Positions 1 to 8,393 of a stretch of 32,000 bases of DNA are shown here, in pieces. Source of the stretch: Pseudodesulfovibrio piezophilus C1TLV30 (GTDB lineage: Bacteria > Desulfobacterota > Desulfovibrionia > Desulfovibrionales > Desulfovibrionaceae). Each line of letters starts with the position of its first letter. The stretch's first letter is position 1. A program made the translations under genes and the position numbers. The notes below the pieces were generated by a model, which saw only the letters and a list, made by a program, of their open reading frames with translations, was not told where the DNA came from and did no database searches. The stretch is taken from NCBI RefSeq assembly GCF_000341895.1, contig NC_020409.1:3332411-3364410 (forward strand), given 5' to 3'.

Positions 1-292
1 AAGCAAACAGGACACCGGCATACAGTGCGTTGAAATTGTCGATGTCAAGATCGCGGTTTTGAAGGCGCAGGCAGAGAGCTTCTGTCAGGGTCGCGGCAGC
101 TCCGGCCAATCCAATGACCGCTGCTGCATGCAGCCCGTATATATATATCGCCATGGCAGCGGCTGGAGCCAGGGCCAGCAGGTGCGCCTGCATCATGCCT
201 TTGATGGTTCGTCCGCTCCGCCAATGAGGCGGCGGGGAGACCGTCAATCTTGTGGCAATGTCGGACATCGCCTTGATTATGGGAGGAGTCAT
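1..292 (-). CDS. rnfD: Rnf electron transport complex subunit D, N-terminal part (the gene runs off the window start)
   Basis: My own translation of the minus strand from the ATG at 292 gives MTPPIIKAMSDIATRLTVSPPPHWRSGRTIKGMMQAHLLALAPAAAMAIYIYG... The S-P-P-H plus basic stretch followed by a hydrophobic helix is typical of RnfD/NqrB N-termini. It lies 45 nt downstream of the rnfC stop. It is absent from the ORF track because it is truncated. Confidence 0.75.
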   Translation of the reverse strand, partial: MTPPIIKAMSDIATRLTVSPPPHWRSGRTIKGMMQAHLLALAPAAAMAIYIYGLHAAAVIGLAGAAATLTEALCLRLQNRDLDIDNFNALYAGVLFA

Positions 293-337
293 TATCTCTA
301 ATCCTTGTATTTTCAAAAAGGGTGTTTTCGGTCTGAA

Positions 338-1483
338 CTAAGCCTGTTCGCCGTGTCCGCTGGCCTGCAATTGAGCCTTGGCAAACCGGATATACTGCAA
401 CAGCGGACGCCGGGAGAAGCAGTTGAATGAGCATAAACCGCACTCGAAGCAGCTATTGAGGCCATGCTTCTCGGCTTGTTCGAATCGTTCGTATTCGGCA
501 TAGCGACTGATGAGATGCGGTTGGACGCGTGCCGGGCATTGCAGGACACATTCCCCGCAATTGATACAGGGAGCATCCTGAACAGCCGGGAATTGGCTTG
601 CAGGAATGATGAAGAGGCCATAGTCGGTTTTTTTGACCCCTTCATCCAGACTGTAGACGGATTCGCCTTGGAAGGGACCACCCAGAACCACGATGTCAGT
701 GGAAGCGACCGGCAGATCAAGAGTCTGAAGCAAGTGCTTGATGGGGGTGCCGAGAGGAACGCGGTAATTGCGACCGGCAATGGTCATGATGGTGTCCGTG
801 ATCGGTTGTCCGGAGACTGCCACGCGGCCGAGGTCATACAGGTCCATGACGCTGATGACTTTGGTATCGGACGGGAATTCTTTACCAGTGACGGCGCGGA
901 CCACCAGAGCATCCAGCGAAGACGGGTATTTGGCCTTTACTCCCACAGTCTCTGCGCCGGGAATGGCGGACTTGTCTCCCTTGGCAACAGCCAGAACGGT
1001 ACGGCCGGGGGTGATGAGTTTGCGGGCCAGCTCCAAGCCGGCCTTCAGATATTCGCCGCCGTCTTTCAATATTTGCTGGGCGGCTGAAATACCCGGCTCA
1101 GGATTCATACCGTTAATGATCAGTACGTCTGCCCGCCCGGAAAGGGGGGCTACGTGGACTCCCAGTCCCTGAAGTGTGCGCAGCAGTTCCTTGCCGGTTC
1201 CCATGGATTGCACGTCCAGAGGCTCCACGGAGGTTTCGCTGTCACTACATTTAATGGTCATATGATGGTAATTGACCTTCATGACCTTACCACAGGCAGA
1301 GGCGTGGTAGGCTCCACCAAAAGGGGACGGGGCTTCGGCGAGGATGTCGCCCTTGTTAATCAGGGCCCCTTTCTTTGTCCTCAGAACGAGGTTCCGCACC
1401 TGAATATTCAATTCTGCCGGAGCAGGGATTTCCAAAATTTCATTATGAAGTTCGGAATCGAGGGAATAGTGTATTTTAAGCAT
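338..1483 (-). CDS. rnfC: Rnf complex subunit C-like protein (barrel-sandwich N-domain, SLBB-like region, two 4Fe-4S ferredoxin motifs)
   Basis: ORF 338..1558. I prefer the internal ATG at 1483 (MLKIHYSLD...), which sits 2 nt after the cytochrome stop at 1486. Motifs seen: YHASACGKV (RnfC_N-like), LIINGMNPEPG, VLGGPFQGE, CINCGECVLQCP and CFECGLCSFNCF. It is followed by rnfD. Confidence 0.85.
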   Translation of the reverse strand: MLKIHYSLDSELHNEILEIPAPAELNIQVRNLVLRTKKGALINKGDILAEAPSPFGGAYHASACGKVMKVNYHHMTIKCSDSETSVEPLDVQSMGTGKELLRTLQGLGVHVAPLSGRADVLIINGMNPEPGISAAQQILKDGGEYLKAGLELARKLITPGRTVLAVAKGDKSAIPGAETVGVKAKYPSSLDALVVRAVTGKEFPSDTKVISVMDLYDLGRVAVSGQPITDTIMTIAGRNYRVPLGTPIKHLLQTLDLPVASTDIVVLGGPFQGESVYSLDEGVKKTDYGLFIIPASQFPAVQDAPCINCGECVLQCPARVQPHLISRYAEYERFEQAEKHGLNSCFECGLCSFNCFSRRPLLQYIRFAKAQLQASGHGEQA

Positions 1484-1485
1484 GT

Positions 1486-1980
1486 CTACCTCGCGTGGCA
1501 CTGGTAACAGGAATCGTCGCCGTACGGGCCACCGTTTTCTTCGTGACAGCCCATACATTGTGTATGAAATGCTTCGGCTCGAAGAGGGATGTTCTCGATA
1601 TCCGGTCTCTCATCTTCGGCAAGCGGGGCGGTGGGAACATCGTCATGACAGCGCAGACATGCTTCATCACTGGGGAATGCTTTTTGATGATTGACCCGGA
1701 AGTCATCATTGAATTCCGCAGGGTGGCAGGTTCCGCACGCAAGAAAGGTGTCTGAACCGATATCATCGTGATGACAGTCGATACAGTCGAATCCGTAATC
1801 CTCGGCATGGGCCTGGTGTGAAAAAATGACACGTCCGCCTGTGTTGTCCATGACAATTCTCGCCGGGACATCCTGCTTTTCGACGGGGATCATATATCCC
1901 GCAATCGCGATGACGAAGAGTGCCGCAATGATTGCCGCAATGGTTAAATATCTTCTCTGCAACAGTTTTACCTCGTTCAT
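1486..1980 (-). CDS. Membrane-anchored multihaem cytochrome c (c3 family-like) with five CXXCH motifs
   Basis: 164-aa ORF with an N-terminal hydrophobic helix (LTIAAIIAALFVIAIAGYMI). Haem motifs: CIDCH, CGTCH, CLRCH, CMGCH, CYQCH. It sits immediately upstream of rnfC, as described for Desulfovibrio rnf operons. No Shine-Dalgarno sequence is visible before the ATG. Confidence 0.85.
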   Translation of the reverse strand: MNEVKLLQRRYLTIAAIIAALFVIAIAGYMIPVEKQDVPARIVMDNTGGRVIFSHQAHAEDYGFDCIDCHHDDIGSDTFLACGTCHPAEFNDDFRVNHQKAFPSDEACLRCHDDVPTAPLAEDERPDIENIPLRAEAFHTQCMGCHEENGGPYGDDSCYQCHAR

Positions 1981-2086
1981 GAAGGTGTTAGGTCAGTGAA
2001 AAAAACGATCACCATGATCCGTGTGCATCCGGACATGGTGGTATTTCAGATAAAGATTGATCCATCAATCAGCCTGGCGGCTTATG

Positions 2087-2102
2087 AGCAGAGAGTGTGC
2101 CA
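2087..2102 (-). promoter_or_regulatory. Candidate sigma54 (-24/-12) promoter for the cytochrome-rnf operon
   Basis: The minus strand reads TGGCAC-ACTCT-CTGCT. The -24 TGGCAC is exact and the GG-N10-GC spacing is correct. It lies about 107 nt upstream of the cytochrome ATG, with a very AT-rich tract further upstream. Confidence 0.4.
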
Positions 2103-2710
2103 GAGAAAGCAAGAACGAATTGTTTTTGATATTTTTCTTGGTTAAGGTTCTGTTATAAAAAGAAATATCCAATAATAATAATGAAATTTATTTTAATGTC
2201 TTCAGTTCTCTCTTTGTTTGTTGAGGATGGAGTTGATCATATAATCAATTCTGATCTCTTTAGTCTGAAAAAAAAGACACTTTAAAAGAGTGATAATATG
2301 GTGTTTTCGCTGTTAAATTAATAATTTATAGAAATAAAAATGGTAAAAATATTTTTCTGATTTTTTGGACTGCGCGAGAGTGTGTCGAGAAAGTGCCAGA
2401 TATTCAGAGAGATAGTCAGTTGTCTTAAATTACACACCCTCGTAATGAATGTGTGGAATCCGGCTTTTCTGTCGGTCGATATCGGATTATCAACAATGGG
2501 TAGTTTCTTGATTTGACAGAATGGGGAGCATGCTCTTTGCTTCAAGCTCCCTGTTCCAGTTTTGCTGTTGTGAAGAAAGAGCTTGGCGCACGGGAGGGCG
2601 TCCATTCTGGCCAGTGAGGAGTCGCAAAAAAACTTCCATTGCCTGTTAACGCTTTCAAAGGTAGAATAAGGCAATAAATTTGCCATAAAATATTCAAAAG
2701 TAGAGATGCG

Positions 2711-3595
2711 ATGCAGGAAATAGTCGATATAATGGAAAGATTGGCTTCTCGCGAAGGTGCAAACGAAACCGCGGTCAACGGGGTCCATCTTTTCAGGCGT
2801 TCCGAGAATATACACCGGACGCCTTTATTATATAAGCAAGGCGTGATCATCATGGGGCAGGGAGCCAAGAAAGTTCACCTTGGCAATCAGGTTTATGAAT
2901 ACGACCAGGACCATTATCTTGTCCTGACCGTTCCTCTCCCCGCCGAATGTGAAGCAGAGGTAGTTGATGGGAAACCATTGCTCTCACTTATGGTCGATAT
3001 CGATATGCGGATTCTCAATTCGGTCATCCAGCAGATGGATGACTGGGATGAGTCTTCGTATTCCGTGAGTGAGAACAAGTGTCCGGGGCTTTATAGGTCT
3101 CAAGCAACGCCGGAGTTCAAGGAGACAGTGCTCCGTTTGTTGCGTACTTTGGAATCGCCTGTGAAAAGTCGTGTTCTTGGCGAAGGACTTGTTCGGGAAT
3201 TGCTTTTCCGTATTTTGTGCGGGGAAAACGCCGCATCATTGCACGCCCTTGCTCTCAAGAATACCGGCCTTTCTCGTATCGACAAGGCTCTCAAGCAGAT
3301 TCACAGTAATTTTGACCAGCCCTTTCAGGTGGATCAGCTCGCCGGGTTCGTGAATATGAGTACCTCCGCCTTTCATCGCTCCTTTAAAGGAGTCACCTCT
3401 CTTTCGCCGATTCAGTATTTGAAGAAAGTCCGTCTGAATAGGGCAAAATCTTTGATCGTGGAAGAGGGAGTGCGCTCTGGAGATGCTGCCCGGATGGTCG
3501 GTTACGAAAGTGTCTCCCAGTTCAATCGTGAATTCAAACGATATTTTGGGGCCAGTCCTCGTGGATTATTAATGATGAACAGTCGAACCGCCTGA
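2711..3595 (+). CDS. AraC family transcriptional regulator (AraC_N-type sensing domain plus C-terminal dual HTH)
   Basis: 294-aa ORF. The C-terminus (FVNMSTSAFHRSFKGVTSLSPIQYLKKVRLNRAKSLI...GYESVSQFNREFKRYFGASP) is a canonical AraC/XylS HTH_18 region. Confidence 0.85.
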   Translation: MQEIVDIMERLASREGANETAVNGVHLFRRSENIHRTPLLYKQGVIIMGQGAKKVHLGNQVYEYDQDHYLVLTVPLPAECEAEVVDGKPLLSLMVDIDMRILNSVIQQMDDWDESSYSVSENKCPGLYRSQATPEFKETVLRLLRTLESPVKSRVLGEGLVRELLFRILCGENAASLHALALKNTGLSRIDKALKQIHSNFDQPFQVDQLAGFVNMSTSAFHRSFKGVTSLSPIQYLKKVRLNRAKSLIVEEGVRSGDAARMVGYESVSQFNREFKRYFGASPRGLLMMNSRTA

Positions 3596-3618
3596 GTGCA
3601 TCCACCCTATTCTCTTTT

Positions 3619-4395
3619 TCACATGGGTTGATCGGTTTGAGGCGTTGAAAATAAGCGGTTGATCTTGCTGGCTGCGCAGGCGGCTCCAAATCCATTATCT
3701 ATATTGACCACGGTGATTCCGCTGGCGCACGATGTCAACATGCCCAAAAGCGGGGCAATGCCTGAAAAGGCTGCGCCGTATCCTACAGATGTCGGTACTG
3801 CTATGATCGGTTGGGGGACCAGTCCTCCGACAACACTTGCCAGCGCTCCTTCCATGCCTGCTATGACAATGACCACGCGCGCTTGGCGGATTGTTTCGAG
3901 TTGATCAAGCAATCTATGAAGACCAGCCACTCCTACATCGTTGATCATTCTGCATTTATTGCCAAGCATCTCTGCGGTGACACGGGCTTCTTCTGCCACC
4001 GGAAGGTCTGAAGTCCCAGCCGTGATAATGCATATTTCTCCATCGCGGAAAGGTTTATCTATGGGGGTGAAGGTCAGAGTCCGTCCCAGTTCGTTATAAG
4101 TGGCTTCGGTGCAGGAAGCCTGGACTTCTCTCGCCATATCCGGCGAAACACGTGTTGCGAGGACTGGGCCGTATTCCTGCATTCGGCTGAAGATCTCAGT
4201 TACCTGTTCCGGTGTTTTCCCCTCGGCATAGATGACTTCGGGAAAGCCGTTGCGCAGATTTCTATGCAAGTCGATTTTGGCGTGTTCAAGGTCGAGATAT
4301 GGCAGGTCTCGAAGCTGTTCCACCCCTTCTTCAATGTCCATATGACCATCTTTGATGGCTGTGAGCAGCTCTTTCAGATTCTTTCTTTTATCCAT
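3619..4395 (-). CDS. larB: Nickel-pincer cofactor biosynthesis protein LarB (PurE-like NaAD carboxylase/hydrolase)
   Basis: The ORF extends to 4467 but that part overlaps larE. I prefer the ATG at 4395 (MDKRKNLKELL...), preceded by AGAGGA 8 nt upstream. ATG 4404 is an alternative. The PurE/AIR-carboxylase-like core is present (ICIITAGTSDLPVAEEA...VVIVIAGMEGALASVVGG). It sits in an operon with larC and larE. Confidence 0.85.
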   Translation of the reverse strand: MDKRKNLKELLTAIKDGHMDIEEGVEQLRDLPYLDLEHAKIDLHRNLRNGFPEVIYAEGKTPEQVTEIFSRMQEYGPVLATRVSPDMAREVQASCTEATYNELGRTLTFTPIDKPFRDGEICIITAGTSDLPVAEEARVTAEMLGNKCRMINDVGVAGLHRLLDQLETIRQARVVIVIAGMEGALASVVGGLVPQPIIAVPTSVGYGAAFSGIAPLLGMLTSCASGITVVNIDNGFGAACAASKINRLFSTPQTDQPM

Positions 4396-4420
4396 GATAT
4401 TCATCCTCTCTTCAAGCCTC

Positions 4421-5212
4421 TCAGTCGAGGCTGCCTGTACGGTAGCCCAAAAGATCGACGGAGACATGTCTGAATCCCAATAATTTCAATTTTTCATCTA
4501 TTTTTTGACGTGTTTTCGTTGTTAGCATGGTGCTGATCATTTCCGGGGGAAGCTCTAATCGGGCAGTATTCCCATGGCATCGGACCCGAATTGCGGGGAA
4601 CCCGTTGTGTCGTAAAAAATCTTCCGCTGTATCAATTCGTATCAAATCGGACTCTTCAACCTGGGTATCGTGGGGAATCCGCGTGAGGAGACAGGCATTG
4701 GCCGGTTTGTCCCAGGTGGGTAACCCCAGAGATCTGGAGAGGGAGCGGATTTCTGCCTTGGTCAATCCCGCTTGTCCAAGAGGACTTTCAATTCCCAACT
4801 CTTCAAGCGCCCTGAGTCCCGGACGATATTCGTAGCTATCGTCAGCATTGGTTCCGTCTAAGACATGGCTGACGCGCTCGCTTTGAGCGTGCTCCAGTAA
4901 GTGTTCGAAAAGTTCTCGCTTGCACAGATAGCATCGCTCCGCCGGATTGGTTCGTAGTTTCGGGGCTAATGGAAGGGATATGATTTGGTGGTGTATCTCA
5001 AGCCCTTTAACGACTGTGGCGACTTCTTCCATTTCCGAACGTGGGGTATATGGTGTGGAGAAAGTGGCTGCAAAGATTGAGGATGAAGGGAGTGCCTCAC
5101 AGGCTGCGCGGAGAAGAAAACTGCTATCGACTCCGCCAGAATAAGCAATGAGCACTCGCTGCATAGCCTTGAGGTTGTGCAGTAATTCGTGATATTTTTC
5201 TTCAGTGGTCAT
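4421..5212 (-). CDS. larE: LarE, ATP-dependent sacrificial sulfur transferase (PP-loop ATPase)
   Basis: 263 aa with the PP-loop SGGVDSS near the N-terminus. Length and context between larC and larB fit LarE. Confidence 0.88.
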   Translation of the reverse strand: MTTEEKYHELLHNLKAMQRVLIAYSGGVDSSFLLRAACEALPSSSIFAATFSTPYTPRSEMEEVATVVKGLEIHHQIISLPLAPKLRTNPAERCYLCKRELFEHLLEHAQSERVSHVLDGTNADDSYEYRPGLRALEELGIESPLGQAGLTKAEIRSLSRSLGLPTWDKPANACLLTRIPHDTQVEESDLIRIDTAEDFLRHNGFPAIRVRCHGNTARLELPPEMISTMLTTKTRQKIDEKLKLLGFRHVSVDLLGYRTGSLD

Positions 5213-5221
5213 GTCCGGGAT

Positions 5222-6544
5222 TCACCCTTTGTTTTGGCAACGTCCGATTTGGGCATAGACGGCGGTCAGAGGGAGTCCTGTTTCCTTGGCTATTCTGCGG
5301 CAGTCTTCCAATTCTGGCTTGGCACGAATAATCTTGCCGTCAAGGAGGGCGTTTTTCATGGTCACGGGGCCGAGAGGCGTTTCAAGTTGTTCAAAACTGA
5401 TATCGAGAACTGTTTTGTTCAAAGGAAAACTTTTGATTCCGAGGGTCGTTGTATGCAGGAAAAGCAATGTCTTGAATTTTTCCTCAGTCTCGGTGGAGCA
5501 GAGCAGTGAAAGGCTGGTTGCCGGGCGATTCTTTTTCATTTGTATGGGAGTGAAATGAACGTCCATGGCTCCAGCCTCCATGAGAATTTCCATGGTGACT
5601 CCGAGCATTTCGGCTGTCATATCGTCGATATTACACTGGAGCATACAGGCGTGTTCCTGCCGTTTCGTCTTGGGAGTCTCAACGGTTTGGGCCAGGTGGA
5701 CACGGAGAACATTGGGGATGTCGGTTTCACGATGTCCGATACCGTATGCCGTCTTTTCCATGATCAATTCAGGATTTCGGGTAAATCGTGTGACCGTGCC
5801 GGACAAGATGGCAGCTCCTGTCGGAGTCGTGGTCTCTTTGTCCACTGCTCCGCGTGTCGTGGGGATGGAAGTCAGGATTTCGACTGTGGCGGGTGCCGGA
5901 ACCGGAATGAGGCCGTGGGCACACCGGACAAAACCTCCACCAAGTTCGATGGGAGAGGACCAGACTTCATCTACATTCATGGCATGCAGACAAATGGCAG
6001 CCCCGACGATATCGACGATGGAGTCTGTTGCGCCAACTTCATGAAAATGGACTTCATGCAATGCCTTGCCATGAACTTTGGCTTCGGCTTCGGCAATCAG
6101 ACGAAATATGGACAGGCTGGTCTGTTGTACGGCGTCAGTCAATGAACTGGCGGTGATGATCGCTTCGATATCACTGAGATTCCGGTTCGCGGGATGGTGG
6201 TGTGCCTGCAGATGAGAGTGGGCATGCCCGTTTTCATGGTTGTGATGAGGCTCATGGGAATGGGGGACGGCCTGTTCGGCATGATTCCGGGAACCGTGGC
6301 AGTGGGGAGCTGGCTCAGCGTGCATGGGGGGGGTGAGAGCTTCCTCTTTGAGCAGGACATCGACTCGCGTGCCTGTGATGCCGTTGCGCACATCTGCGGT
6401 GATTTTCAATTGGAATTCATCATCAAGGTCGAGTTTGGATAATTCTGTTCGCAGATACTCGGGATCAACGCCAAGATCGATCATCGCGCCGAGATTCATG
6501 TCTCCGCTGATTCCGGCCATGCAGTCATAGTAAAGTATCTTCAA
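5222..6544 (-). CDS. larC: LarC, nickel insertion (cyclometallase) protein, full length in a single ORF
   Basis: The N-terminus M(TTG)KILYYDCMAGISGDMNLGAMIDLGV matches the conserved LarC/DUF111 start. There is a His-rich linker (HCHGSRNHAEQAVPHSHEPHHNHENGHAHSHLQAHHH). The start codon is TTG at 6544. The next ATG would remove conserved residues. Confidence 0.9.
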   Translation of the reverse strand: MKILYYDCMAGISGDMNLGAMIDLGVDPEYLRTELSKLDLDDEFQLKITADVRNGITGTRVDVLLKEEALTPPMHAEPAPHCHGSRNHAEQAVPHSHEPHHNHENGHAHSHLQAHHHPANRNLSDIEAIITASSLTDAVQQTSLSIFRLIAEAEAKVHGKALHEVHFHEVGATDSIVDIVGAAICLHAMNVDEVWSSPIELGGGFVRCAHGLIPVPAPATVEILTSIPTTRGAVDKETTTPTGAAILSGTVTRFTRNPELIMEKTAYGIGHRETDIPNVLRVHLAQTVETPKTKRQEHACMLQCNIDDMTAEMLGVTMEILMEAGAMDVHFTPIQMKKNRPATSLSLLCSTETEEKFKTLLFLHTTTLGIKSFPLNKTVLDISFEQLETPLGPVTMKNALLDGKIIRAKPELEDCRRIAKETGLPLTAVYAQIGRCQNKG

Positions 6545-6827
6545 TTGGGATATCCGTGGGTTTGAGGTTGATCCCGGAAATTCGTGGTTATTTTCCGGAA
6601 GTTCAGTTCTGTCTCAGGGGCTTTATCGTACGAGTCAGGTCCGCCAGTGTCTCTGTATCCATCCGTGATGTTTCATGGCCTTGGAACCGGGAATATAGCC
6701 TGACCCTGATATTCATGTCATCCCTTGATGTCCGAGAAGAAATCGGTGTCATGAAAGTGTCTTCAAAGGATTTTCTGGGAGTGGCGGTAGGAAGTTCATG
6801 CCATGGGTGGATGACAAAATTCTGATG

Positions 6828-6854
6828 GCGGGGTGAAGAGGATCTTCACCCCGC
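6828..6854 (-). terminator. 12-bp perfect stem-loop 20 nt downstream of the aldo/keto reductase stop (possible terminator, weak U-tract)
   Basis: GCGGGGTGAAGA-gga-TCTTCACCCCGC. On the minus strand it is followed by CATCAGAATTTTG, so the T-run is neither immediate nor long. Confidence 0.4.
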
Positions 6855-6874
6855 TGACGAGATTGTGTGCGGGC

Positions 6875-8080
6875 TTATTGAGGACGTCTTTTGAAGACGA
6901 TCTTGGCCTGTTCAATTCTTTCTTCCAGATCCTCGTCCTCAAGTGCTTCGGCAACCTTCTCGAGCACGTCGGGAATCCTGATTTGTTGCGGGCATTTTTC
7001 CAAACATTCACCGCAGGCGACGCATTGGGAAGCAAAGCCCGGTTCGTTTGTCCCAAGGACTCCGCTGATACTGAGTGCGTAGGAGAACTTGGCCTCATCT
7101 GCTTTGCCGAACATGGACAGCTTGTTGAACGCATCAAAGCAGTTGGGGATCATGACCCCGGCCGGGCAGGGCATACAGTAGCCGCATCCGGTGCAGCCAA
7201 CCTGCATCATCGAATGATATTGTCGGCTGGCCTGATCTATAAGGTTCAACTCCTCTTCGGTCAGGGTGTTTGCTTCAGCCTGAGCAGCAATGGCGAGATT
7301 CTGTTCGATATGCTCTTCCTCGTTCATGCCGGAAAGAACCAGCGTGACTTCGGGTTGATTCCAGACCCAGCGCAGTGCCCATTCCACAGGGGTCCGTTTG
7401 ACGGAAGCCGTCTCCCATATTTCGCCGATTGCAGGTGGTGGGGTGGGCAGCGCAAGGGTTCCACCGCGCAGAGGTTCCATGACTATGATACCTAAATCCC
7501 TGTCGTGGGCATATTTCAACCCTTCCTTGCCAGCCTGAAACTCCTGGTCCAGATAATTGTATTGGATTTGGCAGAATTCCCATGGGTAAGCGTCGACGAT
7601 ACGTTTGAAATCAGGCAGAATGCCGTGGAAGGAAAATCCTGCATTGATGATTCGGCCATCTTGTTTGGCCCTTTCCAAAAAATCCGTGACGCGCAGTGCG
7701 CTTACGCTGTCCCAGAGAGGACCGTTGAGCGCGTGGACAAGATAATAATCTATGTGGTCCGTCTGAAGCCGTTCAAGCTGGGCATTGAGTATCGTGTCCA
7801 TGTCTTCATGGCTTTCGAGCAGCCAGGAAGGGAGCTTAGTGGCAACTTTGACTTTTTCCCGGTAGCCATCTTTCAAGGCTTTGCCGAGAAGCGGTTCGCT
7901 TGCACCTCCATGATAAGGCCAAGCGGTGTCAACGTAATTGACTCCCTTGTCTATGCTGCTGCGAATCTGGGCAATGGCACGCGCTTCGTCAATCTTTCCA
8001 TCCGTGGAAGGTAGGCGCATACATCCAAACCCCAAAATGGAGAGTTGGTCGTCGGTTTTGGGCATTGTTCTGTATAACAT
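6875..8080 (-). CDS. Aldo/keto reductase family oxidoreductase with a C-terminal 4Fe-4S domain
   Basis: The ORF extends to 8185. I prefer M36 (MLYRTMPKTDDQLSILGFGCMRLP, a typical AKR start), preceded by GAGGAG 8 nt upstream. The C-terminal Cys motifs are CTGCGYCMPCP and CVACGECLEKCP. Confidence 0.85.
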   Translation of the reverse strand: MLYRTMPKTDDQLSILGFGCMRLPSTDGKIDEARAIAQIRSSIDKGVNYVDTAWPYHGGASEPLLGKALKDGYREKVKVATKLPSWLLESHEDMDTILNAQLERLQTDHIDYYLVHALNGPLWDSVSALRVTDFLERAKQDGRIINAGFSFHGILPDFKRIVDAYPWEFCQIQYNYLDQEFQAGKEGLKYAHDRDLGIIVMEPLRGGTLALPTPPPAIGEIWETASVKRTPVEWALRWVWNQPEVTLVLSGMNEEEHIEQNLAIAAQAEANTLTEEELNLIDQASRQYHSMMQVGCTGCGYCMPCPAGVMIPNCFDAFNKLSMFGKADEAKFSYALSISGVLGTNEPGFASQCVACGECLEKCPQQIRIPDVLEKVAEALEDEDLEERIEQAKIVFKRRPQ

Positions 8081-8393
8081 GCTGGTGTCTCCTCTTCGAC
8101 TGGCTTGATGATTCAAGTACGTATTTGTTTGTCGTTTTGGGTAAACTACTCGTTTCTCCGGTAATGAGAATGCATTTTTCTGCATTTTTTTTGTCAGATC
8201 CTCTCATTGTTGATTGAAACAGGTTGAATGAATCGTGCCGGAACTCTCATGATAGTGGTGTGGCCCTGAAGGCAATACGAGTGTGGATTGGAAGATGAGA
8301 GTCCAAGCCGTACATCTTATAAAGCTTGTGCGGTCGTGGTATTCTGTGTTTGTATTTTTACGAATCTTAACTCATTTTCGGAGGTGCTCTGCA

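Noticed and set aside
464-1172. Long plus-strand ORFs (464..1087, 768..1172, 1154..1507) opposite rnfC. Similar antisense ORFs lie opposite larC (5540..6145, 5565..6044), the ABC genes (16072..16953, 16954..18135, 19106..19732), cstA (11877..12545, 12585..13355), folC (23805..24698), selA (24974..25876) and murA (31060..31731).
   Set aside because: Each lies entirely within a strongly supported gene on the other strand. The translations are low-complexity and rich in Arg, Ser, Pro and His, with no motifs. These are typical shadow ORFs.
2381-2398. A second TGGCAC on the minus strand (TGGCAC-TTTCT-CGAC).
   Set aside because: The -12 element lacks the GC dinucleotide at the required spacing, so it is not a credible sigma54 promoter.
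2318-2868. Minus-strand ORFs of 165 aa and 108 aa in the AT-rich region, overlapping the araC start.
   Set aside because: There is no Shine-Dalgarno sequence, the composition is odd, and they overlap the well-supported AraC N-terminus. They are probably chance ORFs in AT-rich DNA.
8225-8240. A sigma54-like box, CGGCACGATTCATTCA, on the minus strand upstream of the aldo/keto reductase.
   Set aside because: The -24 half is good, but the -12 half reads TTCA rather than TGCA. The invariant G is missing.
8283-8393. N-terminal extensions offered by the longest-ORF track (8283 nitroreductase, 11814 cstA, 14393 MFS, 18756 permease, 1558 rnfC, 8185 AKR, 4467 larB).
   Set aside because: The extensions overlap upstream genes or lack a Shine-Dalgarno sequence. 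Internal starts coincide with family-typical N-termini and good ribosome-binding sites.
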